Assembly: GCA_963777505.1 (NCBI GenBank) | Contig: CAVZQN010000001.1 | Span: 224,001-288,000, forward strand | Length of the DNA: 64,000 bases | From: an uncultured bacterium | GTDB lineage: Bacteria > Acidobacteriota > HRBIN11 > JAKEFK01 | Direction of reading: 5' to 3' | Shown: positions 39,479 to 48,559 of the stretch, piece by piece | Layout of the letters: each line of letters opens with the position of its first letter | How positions within the stretch are numbered: position 1 is the first letter of the stretch | Notes under the pieces: generated by a model | Databases searched by the model: none | Told to the model about the DNA's origin: nothing | The model's input: only the letters and a program-made list of their open reading frames with translations | Translations under genes and position numbers: made by a program

Positions 39479-41176
39479 TCAAGCCTTTGACAGTTCATTT
39501 TCAAGATAGCGACGACGCATTTCGTTGCGGCGTATTTTACCGCTCGATGTGCGCGCAAGAGAATTTGGCAAAATAAAAAGAACTTCCGAAATTTGAATGC
39601 CCTCTTCGCGATTGATCGCTTCTGAAATCGCTGTTGCGATCGCCTTTTGAGTCTTTTCTGGAATTGACTGTTTGAGTTCCTGTAAAAGTATGAGGCTTTC
39701 ATTTCCAGAATCAGAATCAATCGCAAATGCAGCAGATGGCCGCTGCTGCAACAAAGGGTGAGCAGATTGTGCGATAAATTCTAGATCCTGAGGCGCATAA
39801 TTCTTTCCGCGAATGATAATCAGATCCTTGATTCTTCCCGTAATGAATAGCTCCCCTTCATCATCGAGAAAACCAAGATCGCCAGTTCGCAAATAATGCT
39901 CCGCGAGATGATGAACAAAGTTTTCTTGCGTCGCTTCTGGATGATTCCAATAACCGAGTGCTACACTTGGACCTGACACCCAGATTTCTCCAATATTCCC
40001 GGAAGTACAATCTTTTTGAGTTTCGTTGTCAACAATTCGGAGTTTCACACCTGAGCAGGCTTGTCCGCATCCAACAAAAACCTTACTGGCAACAGAAGAC
40101 TCAGTTTCGATTACCTTATGATCAGCAAGCGCTGCCAAATCAACGCGCTTTTGTTTCATCGGCCGGGACATATCGCGTCCACTAACAATCAATGTGGCTT
40201 CTGCAAGTCCATAACATGGAAGAAAAATATCTTTACGCAGATTAGCGGATCTAAAACGCTCATGGAAGTCCACTAGTGTTGAGGAGTGAATCGGCTCAGC
40301 ACCGTTAAATGCGACGCGAAGCGAAGAGAGATCAAGCTTCTCAATGTCCTCTATCTTTATTTTTTGGACACAAAGATCGTAGGCAAAATTAGGTGCAACT
40401 GTAACCGTACCCCGGTATTTTGAAATAGCCGCTAGCCAATGCAAAGGGCGAATCACGCTTGAAGGGGGCATCAACACAGTTTGCATGCCTGAATACACAG
40501 AGTGAAGAATTGCGCCAATCAGTCCCATATCATGGTACATGGGTAGCCAGCTAACCATGATGTCGGTTTCATTCGCACTCATCGCATCGCTGATCATGCG
40601 AAAATTATTCAGCAAGTTCGCGTGACTCAATGCGACACCTTTCGGGCTACCGGTTGACCCTGATGTGTACTGCAGCAATGCCATCGAGTCTTTTGCTGTA
40701 TGCGGATCCTCCCATTCAGTCGCCATCGAATTTTCAACAGAGTCCACTTCGATCCATTGAATACTTGAGGTTTCAGGGAAATTTTCATCAATTTCTTTTA
40801 CGAAATTGAACATCGCTGTTGTGACTAATACATTGGTGGCCCGTGAGTTCTGAATAATGGAAAACAATCTTTCGAGTTGCTTTCTGGAAAAAGGAGGATA
40901 GAGCGGAACAGGTATTGCTCCGGCGTAAATACATCCGAAAAAACTGGTTATAAGATCGAGTCCACAATCGAAGATCAAAAGAGCTGGTTTGGCGTTCCCT
41001 CCAAGTTGCTGAATGCGACTTGCAATAGCTCGTGCACGATTATCAAGTTCGTTGTATGTGATCGTCTCAACGCCTGAGCCTGTAAGTCCCGCAAGATATG
41101 TAAAAACAACGCGATCAGGATGAGCCTCGGCGCGGGAGCTTAGCATTTCTATTAGAGTGTCAAACTTTGTTTTCAT
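39479..41176 (-). CDS. Stand-alone fatty acyl-AMP ligase (FAAL)
   Basis: LQYTSGSTGSPKGV, SWLPMYHDMGLIG, APNFAY, NGAEPI, PCYGLAEATL, LRTGDLGF, TGR.KDLII.RG.N..PQD.E, RTSSGKIRR. Confidence 0.9.
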   Translation of the reverse strand: MKTKFDTLIEMLSSRAEAHPDRVVFTYLAGLTGSGVETITYNELDNRARAIASRIQQLGGNAKPALLIFDCGLDLITSFFGCIYAGAIPVPLYPPFSRKQLERLFSIIQNSRATNVLVTTAMFNFVKEIDENFPETSSIQWIEVDSVENSMATEWEDPHTAKDSMALLQYTSGSTGSPKGVALSHANLLNNFRMISDAMSANETDIMVSWLPMYHDMGLIGAILHSVYSGMQTVLMPPSSVIRPLHWLAAISKYRGTVTVAPNFAYDLCVQKIKIEDIEKLDLSSLRVAFNGAEPIHSSTLVDFHERFRSANLRKDIFLPCYGLAEATLIVSGRDMSRPMKQKRVDLAALADHKVIETESSVASKVFVGCGQACSGVKLRIVDNETQKDCTSGNIGEIWVSGPSVALGYWNHPEATQENFVHHLAEHYLRTGDLGFLDDEGELFITGRIKDLIIIRGKNYAPQDLEFIAQSAHPLLQQRPSAAFAIDSDSGNESLILLQELKQSIPEKTQKAIATAISEAINREEGIQISEVLFILPNSLARTSSGKIRRNEMRRRYLENELSKA

Positions 41177-41241
41177 CCGTTTGACCTTGCTTGAATCGCC
41201 CTGAATATGTAAAATTCTGTGTGCTTGGCAGGCACCCCTCT

Positions 41242-41260
41242 GATCCTTATTATAAGGATC
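41242..41260. promoter_or_regulatory. Perfect 9-bp inverted repeat overlapping a minus-strand TATAAT, candidate operator of the FAAL operon
   Basis: gatccttat-t-ataaggatc between the divergent FAAL and tRNA genes. Confidence 0.35.
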
Positions 41261-41279
41261 TTCGTTTAATCACCTGTAT

Positions 41280-41361
41280 GCCGAAGTGGTGGAATTGGTA
41301 GACACACCATCTTGAGGGGGTGGCGGCGCGAGCCATGGGAGTTCGAGTCTCCCCTTCGGCA
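41280..41361 (+). tRNA. tRNA-Leu(GAG)
   Basis: Acceptor gccgaag/cttcggc, D-loop tggtaga, anticodon stem ccatc-ttGAGgg-ggtgg, long variable arm, gttcgag T-loop; CCA not encoded. Confidence 0.95.
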
Positions 41362-41587
41362 CTCTCACCTTCGAACCTCCAGCTATAAGTTGTAGCTTCA
41401 AGTGATCAAGACGATCTAGTTACACTCAGCAACCACCGCCGTTCGCGAAATTCTTCAAAATCTACTCCAACGTTGTAGTTGGCCCAGAGGAGGAAGCCGG
41501 ATCGTTTCTGAAGCAACACCTGTCAATGTGCCTGACTAGGGGATTTAGGACTGAACTGTGCGTTGTTATGTAGGAGAAATAATAATC

Positions 41588-42817
41588 ATGATCGGAAAAC
41601 TTCAAAACGATGTCATCAAGTCAGTCGGAATCTCCGAAGTGGAACAAGCACAACCGGAACAAACCGCGGAAGTCAGAGAACGTCCACAAACGCAAAGCAG
41701 TACGTCCGTAGTTCAGCAATCGAAACTAGCTTACGGAAAAATGAATGAGTCAGCATTTTCAAGTTCTTTGCAAAGAGCAAAGCTGGATGCAGCTTTAGTT
41801 GTCGCGCCTGAAACAGCTGCTCAAACTCCCGCTCCAGTAGGAGCCACACCGCCGGATGCTGAAGGAATAGTACTCCCAGGGCAGGCGTTAAAGCTGAATG
41901 ACAAAGGTGAAGAGGTTCATCAGTTGCAACTAGGATTGAATCGCTGGCGTACAATGAACAATCTTCCTCCAATTGAGGCATCGGGAACATTTACTAAAGA
42001 GACTGAAGACGCGGTAAAGGAATTTCAACGAGCAATGAATCTGAAGGACAGTGGAGTCGCTGATGAGAATACAACCATCCGAATGAATCTTGAGTTACGA
42101 CCTGAATTTCAGGAACTCAATGGTGACGTAAAGGAAAAAATCAGTGGCGCTTACAGTGCACTTCAAAACGATCCCAAAGGACGTGATAACTTATTAGATC
42201 TTATCGATGAAAAACAGTTCCTTTATACAATTTCTCCAGAAGCTCAGGAAGCGGCAATAAATGGACTGATGAAAGACCCTGGCAATAAACACGTGGCTAA
42301 TTCTATTAAGCATTATCTCACTGATGCCGCAATACTTGAGAACGATCCTGATTACGACAAGCTTCCCAATGAAATCAAAGAAAAAGCGATGAATACAATG
42401 TTTTACAGAATTGCACTTTATGGTGGCGTAAGTTCCAGCGGCCGGCATAACAGCATCTCGGGGCTCGTTGCTGATCCAAATTTTGGGAAAAGATCATTAG
42501 CTGAACAGAACCAGCTGCTTGATATTGTAACTGCTAATAATGATGCCCCGATTGGTATGAATATTACAGGACATCATCTCACCACTCGATGCTTAATGAT
42601 CCGTCAGTTTCAAAAATTGAGTGCAGAAACGCAGACGCAGGTAATCGACATTATGCATAACAATGTGGAGCTGGCGGCTCACTCCGGAAATTGGCCCACA
42701 AAAGATAATGTTGAAAATATGAGAGAGTTACTTCAAAGTCCTGCATTCAGGGCAGCTTCGGAGGAAGAAAAACGGCAAATGCTTGAAGCACAACGTAAGA
42801 AGATGAACCACGCTTAA
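41588..42817 (+). CDS. Peptidoglycan-binding domain protein with helical repeats
   Basis: LKLNDKGEEV..LQ..L..G.F...TE.AVKEFQ....L..SGV (PG_binding_1-like); AGGAGA RBS; no signal peptide. Confidence 0.75.
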   Translation: MIGKLQNDVIKSVGISEVEQAQPEQTAEVRERPQTQSSTSVVQQSKLAYGKMNESAFSSSLQRAKLDAALVVAPETAAQTPAPVGATPPDAEGIVLPGQALKLNDKGEEVHQLQLGLNRWRTMNNLPPIEASGTFTKETEDAVKEFQRAMNLKDSGVADENTTIRMNLELRPEFQELNGDVKEKISGAYSALQNDPKGRDNLLDLIDEKQFLYTISPEAQEAAINGLMKDPGNKHVANSIKHYLTDAAILENDPDYDKLPNEIKEKAMNTMFYRIALYGGVSSSGRHNSISGLVADPNFGKRSLAEQNQLLDIVTANNDAPIGMNITGHHLTTRCLMIRQFQKLSAETQTQVIDIMHNNVELAAHSGNWPTKDNVENMRELLQSPAFRAASEEEKRQMLEAQRKKMNHA

Positions 42818-42901
42818 ACCGGCAACAATTACAACCTCCAAATCGTCGAGTGGCGTTTTCAAACGTCTCCTTTTAAGAAGCAGTGATTTGGAGGACAAGC
42901 T

Positions 42902-44575
42902 ATGGGTGATGCTGGAAGAGTAGCAGGTGGTGGACTCAGAAATGCGCCAGGTTTCGATAACCTTGATGAGGGGACTTCAACAGTTCGCGAGACCGAAAAA
43001 GTTCAACAGGACGGTTCAGAAGTAAAAGCACCTGAAACATCAGAGCCGCCACCCACTAATCCATTTCCAATAAAGAACCAGCCAACAGGTGGTGATACTC
43101 GCAAAGGTGAAATGTTCCTTCTTGGTCAGTTGATGCAGGCCCAATTAAAAGCTGGCCCTTATTCGCCGCCAGATCCAACACCTGATAGCGTGATCAAAGA
43201 CAGTACCGTAGGCGGAAAGCTGGATACAGACAAGCTTGCGAAAGAAATGTTAAAAGCTGCCGAAACTGGCGTGTCACCTAAAAAGTTTATAAACGAAACT
43301 TTCGATAAGCTGCCTAAAGCGGACCGCGACAAAGTTGCAAGGGCGATGGAAAAAAACCTTACTGATACTCAATTGAAAAAATTGAGATCTAGCTTCGATG
43401 GCCAGGAAGTACTGGGTCGAATCATAAATGAATATTCAAGTAAGGATAAAACTGACCTGCAAAAAATGGCTCGTTTGCACAATGCAAAAATGCAAGGGAG
43501 TTTTGAGTCGACCATGTCCTATCGAAATCTTTCACCAACCGGAAGAAAGGCCGTGTTAGATGAGTTACAAAAGGATCCAACACATTTCTCAAAAAATGAA
43601 TCGTTGGTTGAGCTTGCCAAATCACTCGGTTTTGCGCGTATATCTGACGCAACTCGCAAAGAGTTATTCAAATATGTGGAAGACAATTTGGGCAGACCGG
43701 AATTTTTAAAGGGGTTAAATCAAATCGTAGACAACGAGGCTTTCCAAAAACTCGGAGACACGGAACGTTCGAAAGTACTAAAAGATCTTTGGAATTTTAC
43801 GCAAACGCCAAACTACCAGCGAGTCTTGATGGAGACCGACAAGACTTCTGCCATTAAAGTTCTGGCGAACAACTTTCCCAGTCTCAACGAAGCGCAACGT
43901 AAGACCGTTGTCACAGATCTGAACAAATTCATGAAGACGAAAACTTACATCAACATGTCGAACCCCGACAAGGATTATGCACTGCGCCTCATTGGTGATC
44001 TCTCTACTCATTCCGCAAAAAATCCCACTTTTACTACAGCTAAAAATACCTTGAATCAATTCTTAAATGAGAAAATTTCCATGAAGTTCGTAAATTTTGG
44101 GAAGTCAAATATTGCTGCTCAGGCAGACGATGGATTGATGCTATTTAATATTGCAGGAAGCGGGCGTAATCTGATGGATCCTGATAAGGTAGTCGAAATA
44201 ACTGCACATGAAGTGAATCACATCCTGAATGGGAAGACTGCGATCGGAACATCTGAAAGATTCTTAGATGAATATCGTGCATATTACATGTCACGATCAG
44301 CTCTAGGCGAAAATCCTCCGAAAGCAGATCACATGAAGCGTGCGTTGAAATCTCTTGTTAGTGAAGGAACACCGGACGATGGTTATGAACATTTGCGGCA
44401 ATTGTATAAGAAAAATCCCGAATACAAGAAGGTGGTTGATAAAGTGATATCTGACCTCAACCGCACTCCGCCAAAATTCACGGATCCCGAAGATCTTCGT
44501 TTGTTACTTCGAGCATTGCCAGGTAATGACAAATCACCTTATCTAAATAAGCCCGCTAATATGGATAATCGTTGA
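42902..44575 (+). CDS. Helical-repeat protein with a C-terminal HExxH metallopeptidase-like domain
   Basis: ITAHEVNH...FLDEYRAY; GGAGG RBS; no signal peptide. Confidence 0.65.
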   Translation: MGDAGRVAGGGLRNAPGFDNLDEGTSTVRETEKVQQDGSEVKAPETSEPPPTNPFPIKNQPTGGDTRKGEMFLLGQLMQAQLKAGPYSPPDPTPDSVIKDSTVGGKLDTDKLAKEMLKAAETGVSPKKFINETFDKLPKADRDKVARAMEKNLTDTQLKKLRSSFDGQEVLGRIINEYSSKDKTDLQKMARLHNAKMQGSFESTMSYRNLSPTGRKAVLDELQKDPTHFSKNESLVELAKSLGFARISDATRKELFKYVEDNLGRPEFLKGLNQIVDNEAFQKLGDTERSKVLKDLWNFTQTPNYQRVLMETDKTSAIKVLANNFPSLNEAQRKTVVTDLNKFMKTKTYINMSNPDKDYALRLIGDLSTHSAKNPTFTTAKNTLNQFLNEKISMKFVNFGKSNIAAQADDGLMLFNIAGSGRNLMDPDKVVEITAHEVNHILNGKTAIGTSERFLDEYRAYYMSRSALGENPPKADHMKRALKSLVSEGTPDDGYEHLRQLYKKNPEYKKVVDKVISDLNRTPPKFTDPEDLRLLLRALPGNDKSPYLNKPANMDNR

Positions 44576-44591
44576 AATTTACGGAGGATTT

Positions 44592-45125
44592 ATGACTTTG
44601 AATATTGAGCAGGCAATTATCAATCATGCAAAGGGACAACTCTCTATTCCACAAAATAAAATTTTCATTTCCAGAACTCCTATTTCGGAACTGCCACAGA
44701 ATCTCGATGTTTATTATTTGGAAGTCGATGGCAGCTACGGAAATGTTTATCATCACTATATTGTTTCAAATGACGAGCTATTTTGTTCCGCAGAACAAGA
44801 TAGCCTTGAAAGGCTATTAAAAAGCGAACGCTATTTGGAAAGGAAAAATCTGAGCGCCGATCAACTTATGATTCTATTCCGCATGCTTAAAGTGCCAATG
44901 CGCGACACACTGACGATTCACTCAAATGACCTGATTACGAATGTTGAACTAAAGCCATTCGCTGATGAAATTTCTGAGCCTTTTTTACAAGAATCTAAAA
45001 GCGGAATTGAAATTGTTTTCTGGACAACATCTCTGCGCAATAGCTCACCCGAGAAATGGACTGTTTCGATCTCGCCCGATTACAGCGTAAATTACCAAGC
45101 TGAACAAGTTACCGCACAAACATAA
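44592..45125 (+). CDS. Acidic hypothetical protein, possible immunity/partner protein
   Basis: GGAGG RBS 16 nt after the upstream stop; 177 aa. Confidence 0.55.
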   Translation: MTLNIEQAIINHAKGQLSIPQNKIFISRTPISELPQNLDVYYLEVDGSYGNVYHHYIVSNDELFCSAEQDSLERLLKSERYLERKNLSADQLMILFRMLKVPMRDTLTIHSNDLITNVELKPFADEISEPFLQESKSGIEIVFWTTSLRNSSPEKWTVSISPDYSVNYQAEQVTAQT

Positions 45126-45133
45126 GCAGCATC

Positions 45134-45188
45134 TTAACGCCGAGTACGCAGAGTAAGATAATTTTTAACTCGGCGAACTCTGCGTTAA
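45134..45188. repeat. 9-nt-periodic inverted repeat
   Basis: ttaacgccgagtacgcagag / ctcggcgaactctgcgttaa; half copy at 6581-6600. Confidence 0.55.
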
Positions 45189-45235
45189 ATCCTTTTAGTA
45201 ACTCCGTAGAACCCAGGTAGGATAGAATGTGAAGT

Positions 45236-45793
45236 ATGTCTAGAAACGCAATCCTCTTTTCCACTTTGCTTCTTGTACTTTCTGCCAACTTTGGATTCTC
45301 CCAGAACGAATTGAAGGATTTGAAAAGCATTGATGAACTGCAAAAACAATTTACATCCGATGCAGGCAAAGTGCGGATCATAACTCTGCTTTCTCCAACT
45401 TGAGGCTTATGCCGTCGGGGGTACTCCGATATGCAAACGATTCTAAAGAGTACAGAAAGCAAGGATGTTGTCGCGTACTTTGTTTGGCTTCCCATTCAAG
45501 GTAATGATTCGAAGTTGGACGCTCTCGAACGAGCGATGGAATTTGATGATCCACGTGTGAGGAATTACTGGGACGAAAAAGGAGTCACCGCTTTAGCCTG
45601 GCAAAAACGTTTAGAACTTGATTCCGTTGCATGGGACGTCTATTTCCTATTCGATCGTTCAGTAACGTGGGTGACAGAAGTTCCGCAGCCCACTTTCTGG
45701 ATGCATCAACTAAGAGGAATTGAAAAAGCCCCTTATCTTGATCAAGAAGAATTTCAATTCCGTTTAAAGAGTCTATTGGAAGTAAAGAAATAG
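45236..45793 (+). CDS. Exported thioredoxin-fold selenoprotein with a UxxC motif (Sec at TGA 45401-45403)
   Basis: ATG 45236 is in frame with ORF 45431: signal peptide MSRNAILFSTLLLVLSANFGFS, then F..DAGKVRIITLLSPT-U-GLC, VW.P, AWDVYFLF. Confidence 0.8.
45414..45430 (+). promoter_or_regulatory. Candidate bacterial SECIS hairpin
   Basis: gtcggg-GGTA-c(t)ccgat; G-initiated loop about 17 nt after the UGA. Confidence 0.55.
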
Positions 45794-45822
45794 CTGCGAC
45801 TCCTAATTAAGATCGGACTTTT

Positions 45823-46866
45823 TCAAATTCCTTTCGTTTGAGGCTCTTGTTTTGGTAGAGAGGAAATCAAATTCATTGCTGCTTCAGCAAGAGTTTTCTT
45901 TCCATTTACATAAGGAAGCCAATGGGTCTCGAGTGCTTCACGATATTCCACCCAGCCGTCTCTTTTGAAGATCTCGTAAAGCATAGGAGAGTAGTCCGGC
46001 TCGCCGCGTTCGTTCAGGATACTTCGTACGGCTTCACCAGTTGTATAGAACAAAACTACGTGCCATAAATCGTTCGGGAGAGACAAATCGATTTTTTTCG
46101 CAGCAGTTTCAAGTGCCTGCCTCACTGGATCGCTCCGATCCATGAGTGTATGAGAGGCCTCATGGAACACTGTTTCAAACGCGGCCGCGCCTTCGACCGC
46201 GCTTGAGATTAAAACGTCACCTTGACCTTCATCAGACCAGGATGTGTTTGCGCCGCTCCAATCCACTGTTTGCACAACATCCACCAAAATCGGCAAACGC
46301 TTCCATTGTTTTTGATACAGTTGCTCAATCCGTGCAGCGGTTTTCTGTTCGTCTGCAGCCAATCTTGTTTTGAGCTTCTCAATCCACCGCCGGTTTTTTT
46401 CGTCCTGCGCAATCCAACGACACGCTTTGTACGCAGGAGTTGCTGCAGCCCGAAAGCCTCGTGCAATTTCAATGAATTCGGTACTACTATCATCCTTCCC
46501 TTCGCCCTCGAAGCCAACGAGGTCCATTCGCAGTAGAAACTGTTGGCGGTCACTCCACCCATGTGGTGAGATGACCTTCATGTAGTAATCGACTGCACTA
46601 TCCCATGCGAACCGCCTGGATGGAGGAAGTTTTTCGAAGCATGTGGTTTCATCGCCGGAGTGAAACAGCTCAGGTTTGCTGTCTTTTCTCGCAAGACCCG
46701 CAGTGACCAATGCGTCGTTCAGGTTGGTCTCAAAGTCACTGTAGAAGTTGAAATGAGGTGTTGTAATTACCGGTTTGCGCTCAGCCGTCTCTCCCACGCA
46801 TACGTTTGCCAATGAAAAGACGATACACAATCCGAATATGAAGACAGCACTCAAAGGTCTTCTCAT
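45823..46866 (-). CDS. Exported hypothetical protein with an HExxH motif
   Basis: Signal peptide; VFHEASH. Confidence 0.6.
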   Translation of the reverse strand: MRRPLSAVFIFGLCIVFSLANVCVGETAERKPVITTPHFNFYSDFETNLNDALVTAGLARKDSKPELFHSGDETTCFEKLPPSRRFAWDSAVDYYMKVISPHGWSDRQQFLLRMDLVGFEGEGKDDSSTEFIEIARGFRAAATPAYKACRWIAQDEKNRRWIEKLKTRLAADEQKTAARIEQLYQKQWKRLPILVDVVQTVDWSGANTSWSDEGQGDVLISSAVEGAAAFETVFHEASHTLMDRSDPVRQALETAAKKIDLSLPNDLWHVVLFYTTGEAVRSILNERGEPDYSPMLYEIFKRDGWVEYREALETHWLPYVNGKKTLAEAAMNLISSLPKQEPQTKGI

Positions 46867-46884
46867 TCTCAGCCTTTGTATGTT

Positions 46885-47385
46885 TTAGAACATTTTTTCA
46901 TCTGCAGATGGACCATAAATCGAAGGTACCGAAATATTATTCAACCGCATGTAGATTGTTAGTTGTCCGCGATGATGCACAAGATGGTTAATCGCTTGAC
47001 GAACATTTTCTTTTTTTGGAGAAGTAAATAGAACCTTGCCCTCACTCTTCAGAGAGAACGGCTCGGAGAGTGCTTCATCAGAAACAGTCTTCAATGCCAG
47101 TCTGGCTCCTTCCAAATTTTCATCAAAATGCTTTACAAGATCCGCTGTTGATTTTGGCTGACCATGATCAAAGGTTGCAAGATCAATGACACCTTTCTCA
47201 ATCATGAACGTAATCCATCGCGGAATTTCAGCAACTAACAAAGCCAAATATCCCGTCGTCATTGATCGTTCGTGAGGCTTCCATGTGAATAAATTTTCTG
47301 GGATTCTTTCAAGACAGTTTCGAGTGGATTGAGCTTCCGATTCTAACTCTTCTAAATATTCTGTTCCAAAGGTATTGTTATTCAT
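46885..47385 (-). CDS. DinB/YfiT family helical protein
   Basis: WKPHERSM, NHLVHHRGQL..Y.R....VPSIYGPSAD. Confidence 0.85.
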   Translation of the reverse strand: MNNNTFGTEYLEELESEAQSTRNCLERIPENLFTWKPHERSMTTGYLALLVAEIPRWITFMIEKGVIDLATFDHGQPKSTADLVKHFDENLEGARLALKTVSDEALSEPFSLKSEGKVLFTSPKKENVRQAINHLVHHRGQLTIYMRLNNISVPSIYGPSADEKMF

Positions 47386-47405
47386 TTCTTTCTTACCTCA
47401 TTTGA

Positions 47406-48500
47406 TTAAGTGAGATTAGGAAACGGGAGTTGAATAGCGTTCAAAGACTTCTCGGTTTGACTGAATGTGGATAGGGAGATGCCTGCCAGGCGGATCTTGA
47501 CTCTACCTGCGTCAGTGCGAGACAAGAGTTCGCGAGCTATCGCAAATATTTCATCGGCTGTGCCAATGTAGTCGTTCAGTGTCCGGCGGCGAGTGATGGA
47601 ACGAAAGTTGTGGTACTTGATTTTGAGGGTCACTGTGCGTGCGCGTTTTCCTTCTTTCGTTAACTGATCGAAAACACTTCGAGCGCAGTCTTTAAGATAG
47701 TATTCAATTTCGCGAACGTCCAAGAGATCCTGCGCGAACGTTTCTTCTGCGCCTAACGATTTGCGCTCCCACGATGTGGTGACCTCGCGTTCATCAATGC
47801 CTCGTGCGATTTCCCAGAGATATTGTCCGAAGGATCCGAAGTGCACGTCAAGCCATTCGCGTGTTTGTGTTGCAAGGTCCGCTACTGTGCGGACGCCCAA
47901 CTTCGCCATATGCGCATCCGACACGGGGCCAATGCCTGGAATACGACGAACAGGTAGTGGGCGAATGAATTCCAGGATTTTTTCTGGCGGTACAACCGTT
48001 AGCCCATCAGGCTTTTTGTAGTCGGAAGCGATCTTGGCAACAAACATGTTGGGTGCCACTCCAGCGGAAGCAGTCAGGCCCGTTCGTTCAAAAATTTTCT
48101 TCTTGATTTCCCGGGCGACTCGTGTTGCGCTTGCCTCTCCCATCTTGTTTAGCGTGACATCCAGATATGCTTCATCCAACGAAAGCGGTTCAACGAGATC
48201 AGTGAATTCGAAAAAGATGGAACGGATAATCTGCGAGTACTGATGGTACTTTGGATGGTCCGGTTTGATAAAGATGCATTCAGGACAACGGCGATACGCC
48301 TCAGCACAAGACATCGCAGAGTGGATGCCATACTTTCGCGCCACGTAGTTAGCTGTCGTCACAACTGAACGCGATTTCGGTGAACCACCTACTACCACAG
48401 GCTGGTCACGCAGTTCCGGGCGTTCCAACAATTCCACTGCCGCATAGAACATGTCCATATCTATATGGATAATCTTTCGAACCTGTCCCTGATCCGCCAT
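47406..48500 (-). CDS. dinB: DNA polymerase IV
   Basis: IHIDMDMFYAAVE, ANYVARKYGI, SLDEAYLDV, AKIASDYKKPDG. Confidence 0.95.
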   Translation of the reverse strand: MADQGQVRKIIHIDMDMFYAAVELLERPELRDQPVVVGGSPKSRSVVTTANYVARKYGIHSAMSCAEAYRRCPECIFIKPDHPKYHQYSQIIRSIFFEFTDLVEPLSLDEAYLDVTLNKMGEASATRVAREIKKKIFERTGLTASAGVAPNMFVAKIASDYKKPDGLTVVPPEKILEFIRPLPVRRIPGIGPVSDAHMAKLGVRTVADLATQTREWLDVHFGSFGQYLWEIARGIDEREVTTSWERKSLGAEETFAQDLLDVREIEYYLKDCARSVFDQLTKEGKRARTVTLKIKYHNFRSITRRRTLNDYIGTADEIFAIARELLSRTDAGRVKIRLAGISLSTFSQTEKSLNAIQLPFPNLT

Positions 48501-48559
48501 ATGTCTTTATTGTATGTCCTCAGATGCAAACATAACCAAATCGCCAACAGTGAAGTCTG

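Noticed and set aside
41280-45200. Integrative element or prophage at tRNA-Leu
   Set aside because: No integrase seen, and I found no duplicated tRNA 3' end by eye; only accessory-looking gene content
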